The translations under genes and the position numbers were made by a program. Source: Bacteroidales bacterium (GTDB lineage Bacteria > Bacteroidota > Bacteroidia > Bacteroidales > FEN-979). Taken from it: a DNA stretch of 64,000 bases. Positions 35,030 to 44,455 of the stretch are shown piece by piece. Every line of letters begins with the position of its first letter. Positions within the stretch are counted from its first letter, which is position 1. The stretch covers positions 2,663-66,662 of the forward strand of contig JBMOIP010000007.1 in NCBI GenBank assembly GCA_049317265.1, in the 5' to 3' direction. A model generated the notes under the pieces. The model was not told the DNA's origin. It ran no database searches and saw only the letters and a program-made list of their open reading frames with translations.

Positions 35030-37737
35030 TGCGCAATAATATGGAACGAACCCATTCACACGACGCACAATACGCCAGCAGCCTGATCGAAGCGAGCCTC
35101 GACCCGTTGATCACCATCAGTCCCGACGGGAAGATTACCGATATGAACCAGGCGAAGGTGGATATCACCGGCATCGAACGCGCACAACTTGTAGGTACGA
35201 ATTTCTTCGATTACTTCACCGAACCCAAACAGGCATACGCCGTTTACCTGGAAGTGTTCGCCAAGGGTAACGTGACCGATGCGGCCCTCACATTCCGGCA
35301 TAAAAACGGTAAGCTGACCGATGTTTTGTTCAATGGTTCGGTTTACAAAGATGAGAATGGCGTGGTGATCGGAGCTGTAGTTGTTGCACGTGACATTGGA
35401 GAGCAAAAATGGGCCATTGACCTTCAAATCGCCAACAAGGAACTTGCTTTCCAAAACGATGAAAAAGAGAAACGGGCACAGGAACTCATCATTGCCAATA
35501 AAGAACTTGCTTTCCAAAACAATGAAAAAGAGAAACGTGCACAGGAACTGATCATTGCAAATAAAGAACTTGCATTTCAGAACAACGAAAAGGAGAAGAG
35601 AGCTGCAGAGTTGATCATTGCCAACAAAGAACTTCTCTTTCAAAACCAGGAGAAAGGAAAACGGGCAGCTGAATTAGGCATCGCAAACATTGAACTTGCT
35701 TTCCAGAATGATGAAAAGGAGAAAAGGGCTGCGGAGTTAAGGATTGCCAACTATGCCCGCAGCATCATCGAGGCAAGCCGCGACCCGCTGTTTACCATTA
35801 GTCCGGCCGGTAAAATTACCGACATGAACAATGCGTCGGTAAGAATAACTGGTTGTTCCCGTGAAGCGCTGACTGGAAGCAACTTTTTTGACTATTTCAC
35901 CAACCCGGCGAAAGCACGGAAGGTATACCGTGAAGTATTCGCAAAAGGGTTCGTTGCCGACTATCCGCTAACCATCAAGGATCATAAACTGACAGATGTA
36001 CTGCTGAATGGCTCCGTGTACAATGATGAGCAGGGTAAAGTGCTGGGCGTTGTCGTCGTTGCAAGGGATATTACCGATCAGAAAAGAATTGAAAGTGAGC
36101 TGACCGAAGCGATCGTCTTTGCAGAACTGGCTACAACCATTGCAGAAGAGGCAAAAATCAAGGCGGAGAATTCGACCAGGGTGGCCGAAAATGCGGTGAA
36201 AGCAAAACAGCAGTTCCTTTCAAATATGAGCCATGAAATCCGGACCCCAATGAATGCCATCATCGGGTTTACCAAAGTTTTGCTGAAAACGGATCTCTCC
36301 GCCAAACAAAAAGAGTACCTCACCGCCATTAAAATGAGTGGGGATGCCCTGATCGTGCTGATCAACGACATCCTCGACCTGGCTAAGGTGGATGCCGGAA
36401 AGATGATTTTTGAACAAACGCCTTTTACCATGGCCTTGTCGATATCGGCCATGCTCCATCTGTTTGAAGCCAAAATCCAGGAGAAAAACCTGGCGTTTGT
36501 AATCGATTATGATAAGAACATCCCGACGGTTCTGGTAGGTGATCCGGTAAGACTGCACCAGATCATTCTCAACCTGGTGAGCAATGCAGTGAAATTCACC
36601 AACAAAGGGACCATCACGGTAAGCGTGCGGTTGATCAATGAGGACAAGGATAACGCAACCATAGAATTTGCCATTGCGGATACAGGGATTGGCATTCCGG
36701 AGGGTAAAATAGATAAGATTTTCGAAAACTTCCAGCAGGCAACGAGCGGAACTTCAAGGTTGTATGGGGGAACAGGGCTGGGACTCGCCATCGTCAAACA
36801 ACTGGTGGAACCCCAGGGTGGCAGGATATGGGTAAAAAGCAAAGTGGATGAAGGCTCGACATTCAGCTTTATACTGACTTTTCATAAAACCAGCGCTGCT
36901 GCCGAGGCCGACGATGAAATAGTGGAACTCGACACTGAGATCAAAAATATAAAGGTGCTGGTGGTCGAAGATATTCCGCTCAACCAGTTGCTGATGAAAA
37001 CGCTGCTGGACGATTTCGGGTTTGAGCGCGATGTGGTGGCCAACGGGAAAATCGCCATCGAGGTATTGCAGAACAAATCATACGATATAATCCTGATGGA
37101 CTTGCAGATGCCTGAAATGAACGGGTTTGAGGCAACGGAGTATATCCGGAACAAGATGAATTCGAAGATCCCCATCATTGCATTAACCGCAGATGTAACC
37201 ACGGTTGACCTGGCGAAATGCAAAGCAGTGGGCATGAATGACTATATTGCCAAACCGGTTGACGAACGGCTGCTTTACAGTAAAATAGTCGGGTTGGTCA
37301 AAAAACCTGTTCCGCCAAAATTCAACCCCGGAAATGAAAAAAATCCATGCGACAACAGGAAAGAGAAGTGCATCGACCTGGAGTACCTGATCCATCGTAC
37401 GAAATCAAACCCGGTGATGATGATGGAGATGATCTCTCTCTACCTTGAACAAACTCCACCATTGATCAACACCATGAAAAAAAGCCTGTTAAACAAAGAC
37501 TGGCACTCATTGCATTCGGCGGTACACAAAATGATCCCCTCCTTCGCTATCATGGGTATCAGCGTCGATTTTGAAAATATGGCTAAAAAAGTGCAGGAGT
37601 ATGCAAGTACCCAAAAACAATCAGACGGGATCAGTGACATGGTCATGCAGATTGGCAACATTTGCACACAGGCATGCAGTGAACTGGAAGAAGAATTTAT
37701 ACGAATTAAAAGTACTGAAAATGAACCAAAAAGGTAA
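35029..37737 (+). CDS. hybrid sensor histidine kinase (PAS-repeat-PAS-HisKA-HATPase-REC-HPt)
   Basis: H-box SHEIRTPMNAIIG, G2 box GTGLGLAIVKQL, receiver VLVVEDIPLNQ...LMDLQMPEMNG, and an HPt-like C-terminus. TAATG overlap with the AraC gene. Confidence 0.85.
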   Translation: MRNNMERTHSHDAQYASSLIEASLDPLITISPDGKITDMNQAKVDITGIERAQLVGTNFFDYFTEPKQAYAVYLEVFAKGNVTDAALTFRHKNGKLTDVLFNGSVYKDENGVVIGAVVVARDIGEQKWAIDLQIANKELAFQNDEKEKRAQELIIANKELAFQNNEKEKRAQELIIANKELAFQNNEKEKRAAELIIANKELLFQNQEKGKRAAELGIANIELAFQNDEKEKRAAELRIANYARSIIEASRDPLFTISPAGKITDMNNASVRITGCSREALTGSNFFDYFTNPAKARKVYREVFAKGFVADYPLTIKDHKLTDVLLNGSVYNDEQGKVLGVVVVARDITDQKRIESELTEAIVFAELATTIAEEAKIKAENSTRVAENAVKAKQQFLSNMSHEIRTPMNAIIGFTKVLLKTDLSAKQKEYLTAIKMSGDALIVLINDILDLAKVDAGKMIFEQTPFTMALSISAMLHLFEAKIQEKNLAFVIDYDKNIPTVLVGDPVRLHQIILNLVSNAVKFTNKGTITVSVRLINEDKDNATIEFAIADTGIGIPEGKIDKIFENFQQATSGTSRLYGGTGLGLAIVKQLVEPQGGRIWVKSKVDEGSTFSFILTFHKTSAAAEADDEIVELDTEIKNIKVLVVEDIPLNQLLMKTLLDDFGFERDVVANGKIAIEVLQNKSYDIILMDLQMPEMNGFEATEYIRNKMNSKIPIIALTADVTTVDLAKCKAVGMNDYIAKPVDERLLYSKIVGLVKKPVPPKFNPGNEKNPCDNRKEKCIDLEYLIHRTKSNPVMMMEMISLYLEQTPPLINTMKKSLLNKDWHSLHSAVHKMIPSFAIMGISVDFENMAKKVQEYASTQKQSDGISDMVMQIGNICTQACSELEEEFIRIKSTENEPKR
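35428..35742. repeat. 5 x 63-bp in-frame tandem repeat
   Basis: Units start at 35428, 35491, 35554, 35617 and 35680. Each encodes IANKELAFQN(D/N)EKEKRA(Q/A)EL(I), and together they link the two PAS domains. Confidence 0.85.
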
Positions 37738-38155
37738 AATAAAGCTGTTCCTGGTGGATGACGATGCCTTGTTTTTGAAGTCATTGGAAATCGAATTCCT
37801 CCAGCATGCCGATTTTTCCATTGAGACATATGCCACAGGCGAACTATGCATGGCAAACTTATCACACTGTCCGGATGTCATCATCCTCGACTATATGCTT
37901 GACAGTATTGATCAGAATGCTATGAACGGGATACAAACCCTGGATAAAATCAAAGCTTATAACCAGGACATACCGGTCATCATTTTATCCTCCCAGGATA
38001 AAATTGATGTTGCGGTGAGTTGCATGCACCACAGGGCCTTTGATTATGTGGTAAAAAGCGAAACCGCCTTTATCCGGCTTCAGAAGATCATCACCACCAT
38101 CTTCCGGTACAGGAAGATGGAGAAAGAGCTGAACTGGTATATGGAAAGGATGTGA
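37721..38155 (+). CDS. single-domain response regulator (CheY-like)
   Basis: ATG 37721 gives MNQKGKIKLFLVDDDALFLKSLE...ILDYML. It has 144 aa, no output domain, and overlaps the kinase 3' end by 17 nt. Confidence 0.75.
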   Translation: MNQKGKIKLFLVDDDALFLKSLEIEFLQHADFSIETYATGELCMANLSHCPDVIILDYMLDSIDQNAMNGIQTLDKIKAYNQDIPVIILSSQDKIDVAVSCMHHRAFDYVVKSETAFIRLQKIITTIFRYRKMEKELNWYMERM

Positions 38156-38159
38156 CCGG

Positions 38160-40688
38160 ATGCATGAAGGATTGACAGCCGCACAGGCACAGGAGAAGTT
38201 GAACAGGGAAGGACCTAACAACCTTCCCTCCTCAAAACCGAAAAACTATTTCACCATCGCCCTGGGAGTGGTAAAAGAACCCATGTTCATCCTCCTGGTT
38301 GCCTGCGGTTCGCTTTATATGGTGATGGGCGATTTACAGTCGGGACTGATGCTGCTGGGCTTTGTATTTGTGATCATGGGCATCGAGTTCTTCCAGGAAA
38401 AAAAGACCGAAAAAGCACTTAGTGCGCTGAAAGAGATGGCCAGCCCAAGGGCCCTGGTGATCCGCGACGGAGTTGAGGTTAGGGTAGCAGGGTTTGAAGT
38501 CGTTACCGGCGACCTCATCGTTTTACAGGAGGGCGACCGCGTGCCTGCAGATGCGACCGTACTTGACTCTGTCAATTTACTGGCCGATGAATCCTTGCTC
38601 ACAGGAGAGCCGATCCCTGTAAGGAAAAACGATTGGGACGGGACAGAAAAAGATATCCAACCCGGCGGAGATGATTTCCCGTTCGTCTATTCAGGGTCGA
38701 TGATCGTGCAGGGCAACGGGGTGGCAAGGGTTACCAGTACCGGGATAAACACGGAGATCGGTAAAATCGGTAAAGCCCTTGAAGGGGTGAAGGAAGAACC
38801 TACACGTCTCAAGAAGGAGATGGGGAAACTTGTTAAAAAGCTCACCATCATAGCCGCCGTACTTTGTATCCTGGTTGTGGCAGCCTATTCCATTACCCGT
38901 GGCAGTTTACTGGACGGATTCCTGGCAGGGATCACCCTTGCCATGGCGGTGTTACCGGAAGAATTTCCTGTGATCCTCACCGTGTTCATGGCCCTCGGCG
39001 CATGGAGAATGTCAAAAAAGAGGGTCCTGACCAGAAATCCGTCAGCCATCGAGACCCTGGGTTCGGCAACCGTATTGTGTACCGATAAAACCGGAACCCT
39101 CACCGAAAATAAAATGACTGTTACAAAACTCTACAACGGAAAAGAGTTTCTTTCTGTCACAAAAAATTGCGAATTCACAGCCGGGTTTCACGAAATTATC
39201 GAGTATGGCATCCTGTCGAGTCAGACAAATCCTTTTGATCCCATGGAAAAAGCCATCACCATCATGGGAGATCTCTTCCTGAAAGGTACGGAACATATCC
39301 ACCGGAATTGGGTAATGATCAAGGAATATCCCCTTTCAAAAGGGTTGATGGCCATGTCTAGGGTATTTACCCTGCACGACACCCGTGAAAAAATAATTGC
39401 TACCAAAGGAGCTCCTGAGGCCATTTTTGACCTTTGTCACCTCGACGAGGCGACAAAAAAACGCATGGTGCTGGCCGTTGGAGTGTTGGCGGAACAGGGA
39501 TTAAGGGTACTGGGTGTGGCAAAAGCAAAAATCAACACAAGCAATCTGCCGGAAATCCAGCACGACTTCCCTTTTGAATTTATCGGGTTGATCGGCCTCG
39601 CAGATCCCATCCGGAAAAATGTGAAGGAAGCCGTTGCCGTGTGTTATAAAGCCGGTATCAGGGTGATCATGATTACCGGTGACTACCCGGTGACTGCCAA
39701 ACACATCGCTTTGGAGATTGGTCTCGAAAATCCAGGCACATGCATTACCGGCCAGGAGTTGCAAACCATCACGGAAGACGAACTTTGCAAAAGGATAAAC
39801 GATATCAATGTATTCGCCAGGGTCATACCGGACCAAAAGCTGAAAATCGTCAACGCACTCAAGAAAAACAAGGAGATCGTAGCAATGACCGGCGATGGCG
39901 TGAACGACGCCCCTGCCCTGAAGTCGGCAAACATTGGCATCGCCATGGGCAAGAAAGGCACAGATGTCGCCAGGGAAGCCTCTTCCCTGGTCCTGATGGA
40001 CGACAATTTCCTATCCATTGTGGGAGCCATTAAAATGGGGAGGCGCATCTTCGACAATCTCCAGAAAGCGTTTGGATATACTTTTGCAATTCATGTACCC
40101 ATTGCCGGCCTATCCCTGATTCCGATCCTGCTTGGCAACTTCCCGATCATCCTGTGGCCTGTCCATATTGTTTTTCTCGAACTGATCATCGACCCGGCCT
40201 GTTCCATCATATTTGAAGCAGAAAAGGAGGAGAAAAATGCCATGTTGAGGCCGCCAAGAAAAATCGACGAGCCCTTCTTCGGGAGCAAAAAAGTATGGTT
40301 CAGCTGTTTGCAGGGCGCCGGCATCCTGGCCATGACCCTGGTGGTCTATTTTACAGGCATTCACCTGGCATATACCTCCAATGAAGTAAGAGCGATGACC
40401 TTCCTCACCCTGATCGCGTCGAACATTGCGGTTATATTAACCAACCGTTCCTGGACCGATAACATCTTTAAAATCATCGCCACTCCAAACAAAGCCGTTT
40501 TATGGGTAACCGGTGGCGCTATTTTTTTTCTCACCCTGGTGCTGAACGTAAGGTTTTTCCTGGATCTTTTCCAGTTTCAAAGACTAACATTTTTTAACAT
40601 CATCATCTGCAGCCTGGCAGGAATATCAACGATCGCCTGGTTCGAATTATACAAACTTCTCAAACAACACAAATCAATCATACCATGA
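38160..40688 (+). CDS. cation-transporting P-type ATPase (type II, Ca2+/Mg2+-like)
   Basis: DKTGTLT phosphorylation motif, TGDGVNDAPAL hinge, 842 aa. Confidence 0.9.
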   Translation: MHEGLTAAQAQEKLNREGPNNLPSSKPKNYFTIALGVVKEPMFILLVACGSLYMVMGDLQSGLMLLGFVFVIMGIEFFQEKKTEKALSALKEMASPRALVIRDGVEVRVAGFEVVTGDLIVLQEGDRVPADATVLDSVNLLADESLLTGEPIPVRKNDWDGTEKDIQPGGDDFPFVYSGSMIVQGNGVARVTSTGINTEIGKIGKALEGVKEEPTRLKKEMGKLVKKLTIIAAVLCILVVAAYSITRGSLLDGFLAGITLAMAVLPEEFPVILTVFMALGAWRMSKKRVLTRNPSAIETLGSATVLCTDKTGTLTENKMTVTKLYNGKEFLSVTKNCEFTAGFHEIIEYGILSSQTNPFDPMEKAITIMGDLFLKGTEHIHRNWVMIKEYPLSKGLMAMSRVFTLHDTREKIIATKGAPEAIFDLCHLDEATKKRMVLAVGVLAEQGLRVLGVAKAKINTSNLPEIQHDFPFEFIGLIGLADPIRKNVKEAVAVCYKAGIRVIMITGDYPVTAKHIALEIGLENPGTCITGQELQTITEDELCKRINDINVFARVIPDQKLKIVNALKKNKEIVAMTGDGVNDAPALKSANIGIAMGKKGTDVAREASSLVLMDDNFLSIVGAIKMGRRIFDNLQKAFGYTFAIHVPIAGLSLIPILLGNFPIILWPVHIVFLELIIDPACSIIFEAEKEEKNAMLRPPRKIDEPFFGSKKVWFSCLQGAGILAMTLVVYFTGIHLAYTSNEVRAMTFLTLIASNIAVILTNRSWTDNIFKIIATPNKAVLWVTGGAIFFLTLVLNVRFFLDLFQFQRLTFFNIIICSLAGISTIAWFELYKLLKQHKSIIP

Positions 40689-41233
40689 CCGATGCGGAAC
40701 AGAATATCACAAAAGCCCGGACACTTCGAATGAAAGCCGAAGAACAACTTAACAATGAGCAGTTGGACATAAAAGTGACCTCCCAGGAATACGATGATAA
40801 AAGGCTTCTGCACGAGCTGCGGGTGCATCAGATCGAACTGGAGATGCAGAATGCTGAATTGCAACAGGCCAACGAAACGGCTGAGGCTGCATTGAAAAGA
40901 TATACCATGCTGTACGATTTTGCGCCTATGGGCTACTTTACGCTGGATAAGGAAGGCAACATCTGTGAATTGAATTTTACAGGTGCAGAGATGCTGCAGG
41001 ACAGGCGATTTGCATTGATCAACAGCAACTTTAAACTATTCGTATCCGAAAATTCCAGGCTGGTTTTCAACGATTTTTTAAACAGGGTTTTTCTTGGTTT
41101 TGGAAAAGAATCGTGTGAAGTGATGCTCGGGTATGACAAAACCCCCTTGTGCAGGGTCTATATGGATGGGGTGGTAACCGGTCATGACTGCAGGTGTCTT
41201 TTATCCGTTGTGGAGGCACGTGGGTTACAATGA
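40685..41233 (+). CDS. stand-alone PAS-domain protein
   Basis: 182 aa. A coiled-coil lead-in LHELRVHQIELEMQNAELQQ, also seen at the N-terminus of the 1883-aa kinase, is followed by a PAS fold. ATGA overlaps on both sides. Confidence 0.7.
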   Translation: MTDAEQNITKARTLRMKAEEQLNNEQLDIKVTSQEYDDKRLLHELRVHQIELEMQNAELQQANETAEAALKRYTMLYDFAPMGYFTLDKEGNICELNFTGAEMLQDRRFALINSNFKLFVSENSRLVFNDFLNRVFLGFGKESCEVMLGYDKTPLCRVYMDGVVTGHDCRCLLSVVEARGLQ

Positions 41234-42129
41234 GACTTAAAGACATCTTCCTGATTGTAAAAACCTCATTCAGCGAATGGTGGGCTCACGATCCGTTTCG
41301 CGAAAGTGCTGTTATTGCCTACTACGCGATATTTTCATTACCGGGGTTGCTTGTGGTGGTGATGACTCTTGCAGGGTATTTCTTTGGGAAAGATATCGTT
41401 AACAAGCATGTGAGTGACCAAATCAATGCGATGCTGGGACATGACACGGCCTTACAGATTCAGAACATGATCGTGGTTGCAAGTGAGACAAAAAGTTCAA
41501 TCTGGGCAGCTATCATCGGGATAAGCTCTATCGTTATTGGTGCAACTGGTGTCTTTGCTCAATTTCAACAATCACTGAACAACATTTGGGGTGTAAAAGC
41601 AGATGACACAAAATCAGGCATATGGGCGGTCATCAGGGTTAGGCTGTTCTCCTTTGGCTTGATTATCTCAATCGCCTTTCTGCTCATTATTTCCCTGATT
41701 GTTTCAGCCATCCTGGCAGCGCTTGGAAACTGGATTTCCAACCATTTTTCTGATTCATTCCTGGTGTTGCTGCAGGTGGTTAATTTCATCCTTTCCTTTT
41801 CGATCATAGCCATTCTGTTTGCCCTGATGTTCAAATTTTTCCCCGATGCCCGCGTTCAATGGAACCATGTATGGGTTGGCTCGCTGGCGACGGCTTTTTT
41901 GTTTGAGATCGGGAAATTCGGACTTGGATTTTACTTCGGGAAAGCCAATCCCGGCCTGGGCTATGGAACAGCAGGCTCAGTAATTTTAATCATGCTCTGG
42001 GTCACCTACACCTCCATGCTGGTGTTATTTGGGGCCGAATTCACTCATGCTTACGCCATGCGGAAAACAGGGGCGGTACTCCCCACCGGGATTGCAAAAC
42101 CTGGAATCAACGATCCATCTCCTTCTTAG
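41230..42129 (+). CDS. YihY/BrkB-family membrane protein
   Basis: ATG 41230 gives MRLKDIFLIVKTSFSEWWAHDPFRESAVIAYYAIFSLPGLL. Polytopic, 299 aa. Confidence 0.8.
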   Translation: MRLKDIFLIVKTSFSEWWAHDPFRESAVIAYYAIFSLPGLLVVVMTLAGYFFGKDIVNKHVSDQINAMLGHDTALQIQNMIVVASETKSSIWAAIIGISSIVIGATGVFAQFQQSLNNIWGVKADDTKSGIWAVIRVRLFSFGLIISIAFLLIISLIVSAILAALGNWISNHFSDSFLVLLQVVNFILSFSIIAILFALMFKFFPDARVQWNHVWVGSLATAFLFEIGKFGLGFYFGKANPGLGYGTAGSVILIMLWVTYTSMLVLFGAEFTHAYAMRKTGAVLPTGIAKPGINDPSPS

Positions 42130-42134
42130 GGCAA

Positions 42135-42158
42135 CTTTGTGCCCTTGTGCTTTGTTGC
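42135..42158. repeat. solo arm of CTTTGTG-type repeat (copy e)
   Basis: ctttgtgcccttgtgctttgttgc has three heptad-like units and no partner arm. It lies between the yihY-like stop and module P10. Confidence 0.4.
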
Positions 42159-42200
42159 ATTAACAATGGACATTAAACAGCCATAAAATCGGTATGTAAA

Positions 42201-42267
42201 TGTGTGAATGATGTAACAATTTGCAAAATTTATGTAACACTTCAACCCTCCTGCGGGCTTAATTTCG
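42201..42267 (+). promoter_or_regulatory. conserved 67-bp promoter module P10
   Basis: TGTGTGAATGATGTAAC-N13-TATGTAACAC-N23-TTCG (TTTG variant), 23 nt from ATG 42291. Confidence 0.65.
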
Positions 42268-42290
42268 TAATGTCAATAACATCTGTCAAT

Positions 42291-42647
42291 ATGAAACGCA
42301 TCGAAGAAGTCAACAATCGGAAACATAAGGTTCAAAACACCACAGGATCAGGAGATATCGCCGGGTATCCATCCTATCCGCCTGACGAAGATGTATACAA
42401 CAAATTTCGCGAGGAACGTGACATAAATCCTGAAGACATTTCAAAAGACAAGGATCCGAACGATGATGAGTTGTCGGGGATCACCAATGTAAAGGGGTTT
42501 GCAAAGAATTTGTCGGGCAACGACCTCGATATTCCAGGTTCGGAACTGGATGACATCCAGGAGGATATTGGCAGTGAAGATGAAGAGAATAACTTTTACA
42601 GCCTTGGAGGTGATGGACATACCACGCTTGATGAGGAAAACGGATAA
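42291..42647 (+). CDS. acidic, probably disordered hydrophilic protein
   Basis: ATG 42291 gives MKRIEEVNN.... It has 118 aa, is D/E-rich (DIPGSELDDIQEDIGSEDEENN), and has no hydrophobic core segments. Confidence 0.55.
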   Translation: MKRIEEVNNRKHKVQNTTGSGDIAGYPSYPPDEDVYNKFREERDINPEDISKDKDPNDDELSGITNVKGFAKNLSGNDLDIPGSELDDIQEDIGSEDEENNFYSLGGDGHTTLDEENG

Positions 42648-42666
42648 CTTAAAACCTAAACGAGTC

Positions 42667-43149
42667 ATGAAAACTACAAAAATCAACAAAGTCCTGATCG
42701 CGCTGGATTACGATGCAACGTCACGAAAAGTCGCCGAGGTCGGATATACCATGGCCACGTCTATGAATGCAGAGGTTATCCTGCTCCATGTTATCGCAGA
42801 TCCTGTCTACTACTCATCGACCGAATTTTCACCCATCATGGGATATACCGGAACCATGGATGCCGTACAACTGCAATTTGACAGCATCGAAGGACTTACA
42901 AGCGCCTCCCAGTTTTTCCTGGATAAAACAAAACTTCACCTTGGGGATGACTCCATCAAGACCCTTGTTAAAGAAGGTGATTTTGCTGAAACGATTTTAC
43001 TGGCTGCGAAAGAGACACATGCCGATATTATCGTGATGGGCTCCCATAGCCGCAAGTGGCTGGAAAATATCGTGATGGGAAGTGTAACTGAAAAAGTGCT
43101 GCATCATACAAAGGTCCCGATGTTCATCGTCCCTACAAAAAAAAGGTAA
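42667..43149 (+). CDS. universal stress protein (UspA family)
   Basis: ATG 42667 gives MKTTKINKVLIALDYD.... The C-terminal motif is ADIIVMGSHSRKWLENIVMGSVTEKVLHHTKVPMFIVP. Confidence 0.85.
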   Translation: MKTTKINKVLIALDYDATSRKVAEVGYTMATSMNAEVILLHVIADPVYYSSTEFSPIMGYTGTMDAVQLQFDSIEGLTSASQFFLDKTKLHLGDDSIKTLVKEGDFAETILLAAKETHADIIVMGSHSRKWLENIVMGSVTEKVLHHTKVPMFIVPTKKR

Positions 43150-43181
43150 CGAGGCCACAAAGGAATCAAATATAGCAACCC

Positions 43182-44081
43182 ATGGATTTCGTAGACTATT
43201 ATAAGGTATTAGGAATAGCCAAAACGGCCACTCCAAAAGAGATTAAGACAGCCTACAGGAAGTTAGCCAGGAAGCTTCATCCTGATTTGAATCCCAATGA
43301 CAAGAATGCCAAACGCAATTTCCAGCAGATCAATGAGGCAAACGAGGTGCTGAGCGATCCTGAAAAACGAAAGAAATATGATCAGCATGGCGAGGACTGG
43401 CAGCATGCGGAGGAGGCAGAAAAAGCCAATCAGAACCGCCGGCAGTCTTCAAATCAACGCGGGGCAAGGTATGCTGACCCATCACAGGGTGGAGATTTTT
43501 CCGATTTTTTTGAATCCATGTTTGGTGGCGCAGCAAATCCGGGAAGAGGAAGCCAGGCACGATACCGCGGAGAAGATTACAACGCCGAACTGCACCTGGA
43601 ACTAATTGATGCTTACAAAACCCATAAACAAACGTTGACAGTCAATGGGAAAAGTATCCGGATTACCATACCCGCCGGTATTGAAAACGGGCAAACCATC
43701 AAAATACCCGGTTATGGCGGGCCGGGGACAAACGGCGGCCCCGGGGGCGACCTCTATATCGCTTTTTCTATCTCCAACCACCCGTCGATTAAGCGTTTTG
43801 GCAATAACCTGTATACTACAGCCGATCTGGATTTGTACACTGCAATACTCGGAGGAGAGTTTCTGCTGGAAACCCTCAGCGGAAAAGTCAAACTGAAGAT
43901 CAAGCCTGAAACGCAGAATGGAAGCAAAGTGAGGTTAACCGGCAAAGGATTTCCAATCTACAAAAATGAAGGACATTTTGGCGACCTGGTTGTAACCTGG
44001 GCGATTAAAATCCCGACAACCCTTAATGATCAGCAACGTGCACTATTTACGGAATTATCTAAATTACAATCCAATACCTGA
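43182..44081 (+). CDS. cbpA: DnaJ-class co-chaperone without zinc finger (CbpA-like)
   Basis: J domain DYYKVLGI...HPD...KRKKYD, a G-rich linker and two C-terminal beta domains. No CxxCxGxG repeats. Confidence 0.8.
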   Translation: MDFVDYYKVLGIAKTATPKEIKTAYRKLARKLHPDLNPNDKNAKRNFQQINEANEVLSDPEKRKKYDQHGEDWQHAEEAEKANQNRRQSSNQRGARYADPSQGGDFSDFFESMFGGAANPGRGSQARYRGEDYNAELHLELIDAYKTHKQTLTVNGKSIRITIPAGIENGQTIKIPGYGGPGTNGGPGGDLYIAFSISNHPSIKRFGNNLYTTADLDLYTAILGGEFLLETLSGKVKLKIKPETQNGSKVRLTGKGFPIYKNEGHFGDLVVTWAIKIPTTLNDQQRALFTELSKLQSNT

Positions 44082-44084
44082 ACA

Positions 44085-44390
44085 ATGCACACAAAAAGTT
44101 TAATCGCATTGGACGAATTCTGTACCAGTCACAACATTGGAATTGCCTTCATCAGCACGTTAGAACAAACGGGGCTGATTGAGATCTCGACCATTGACGA
44201 TGCAGGGTTCATCGAAGCGGGTCATTTACTGCAGCTGGAACAGATCCTCCGCTTTTATTATGACCTGGACATCAATGTGGAAGGCATCGAAACAATCACT
44301 CATTTACTTCAGCGAATCAAGGTGATGCAGGAGGAGATCATCTCCCTCAGGAACAGATTGAACCTGTATGAATCATCAGACCAGGCATAA
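44085..44390 (+). CDS. cbpM: chaperone modulator CbpM-like (MerR-like fold)
   Basis: 101 aa, immediately downstream of the cbpA-like gene, with a C-terminal leucine-rich helix (MQEEIISLRNRLNLYE). Confidence 0.6.
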   Translation: MHTKSLIALDEFCTSHNIGIAFISTLEQTGLIEISTIDDAGFIEAGHLLQLEQILRFYYDLDINVEGIETITHLLQRIKVMQEEIISLRNRLNLYESSDQA

Positions 44391-44455
44391 CAGATTTTTT
44401 TACAGTCAAAATTGAACTTACTTTAACATTGCATTCACCATAAAACTCTCATATT

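Noticed and set aside
12458-42666. Long N-terminal extensions given by the ORF track (starts at 12517, 16081, 21046, 24728, 27823, 28625, 37571, 41194, 42204, 42499).
   Set aside because: Four of these starts (16081, 24728, 27823, 42204) fall inside a promoter module, and two (12517, 21046) lie at the predicted TSS just after its TTTG. The other four add non-signal leader sequence, three of them overlapping the preceding gene. Internal ATGs give canonical signal peptides, lipoboxes or family-typical N-termini, often with ATGA coupling.
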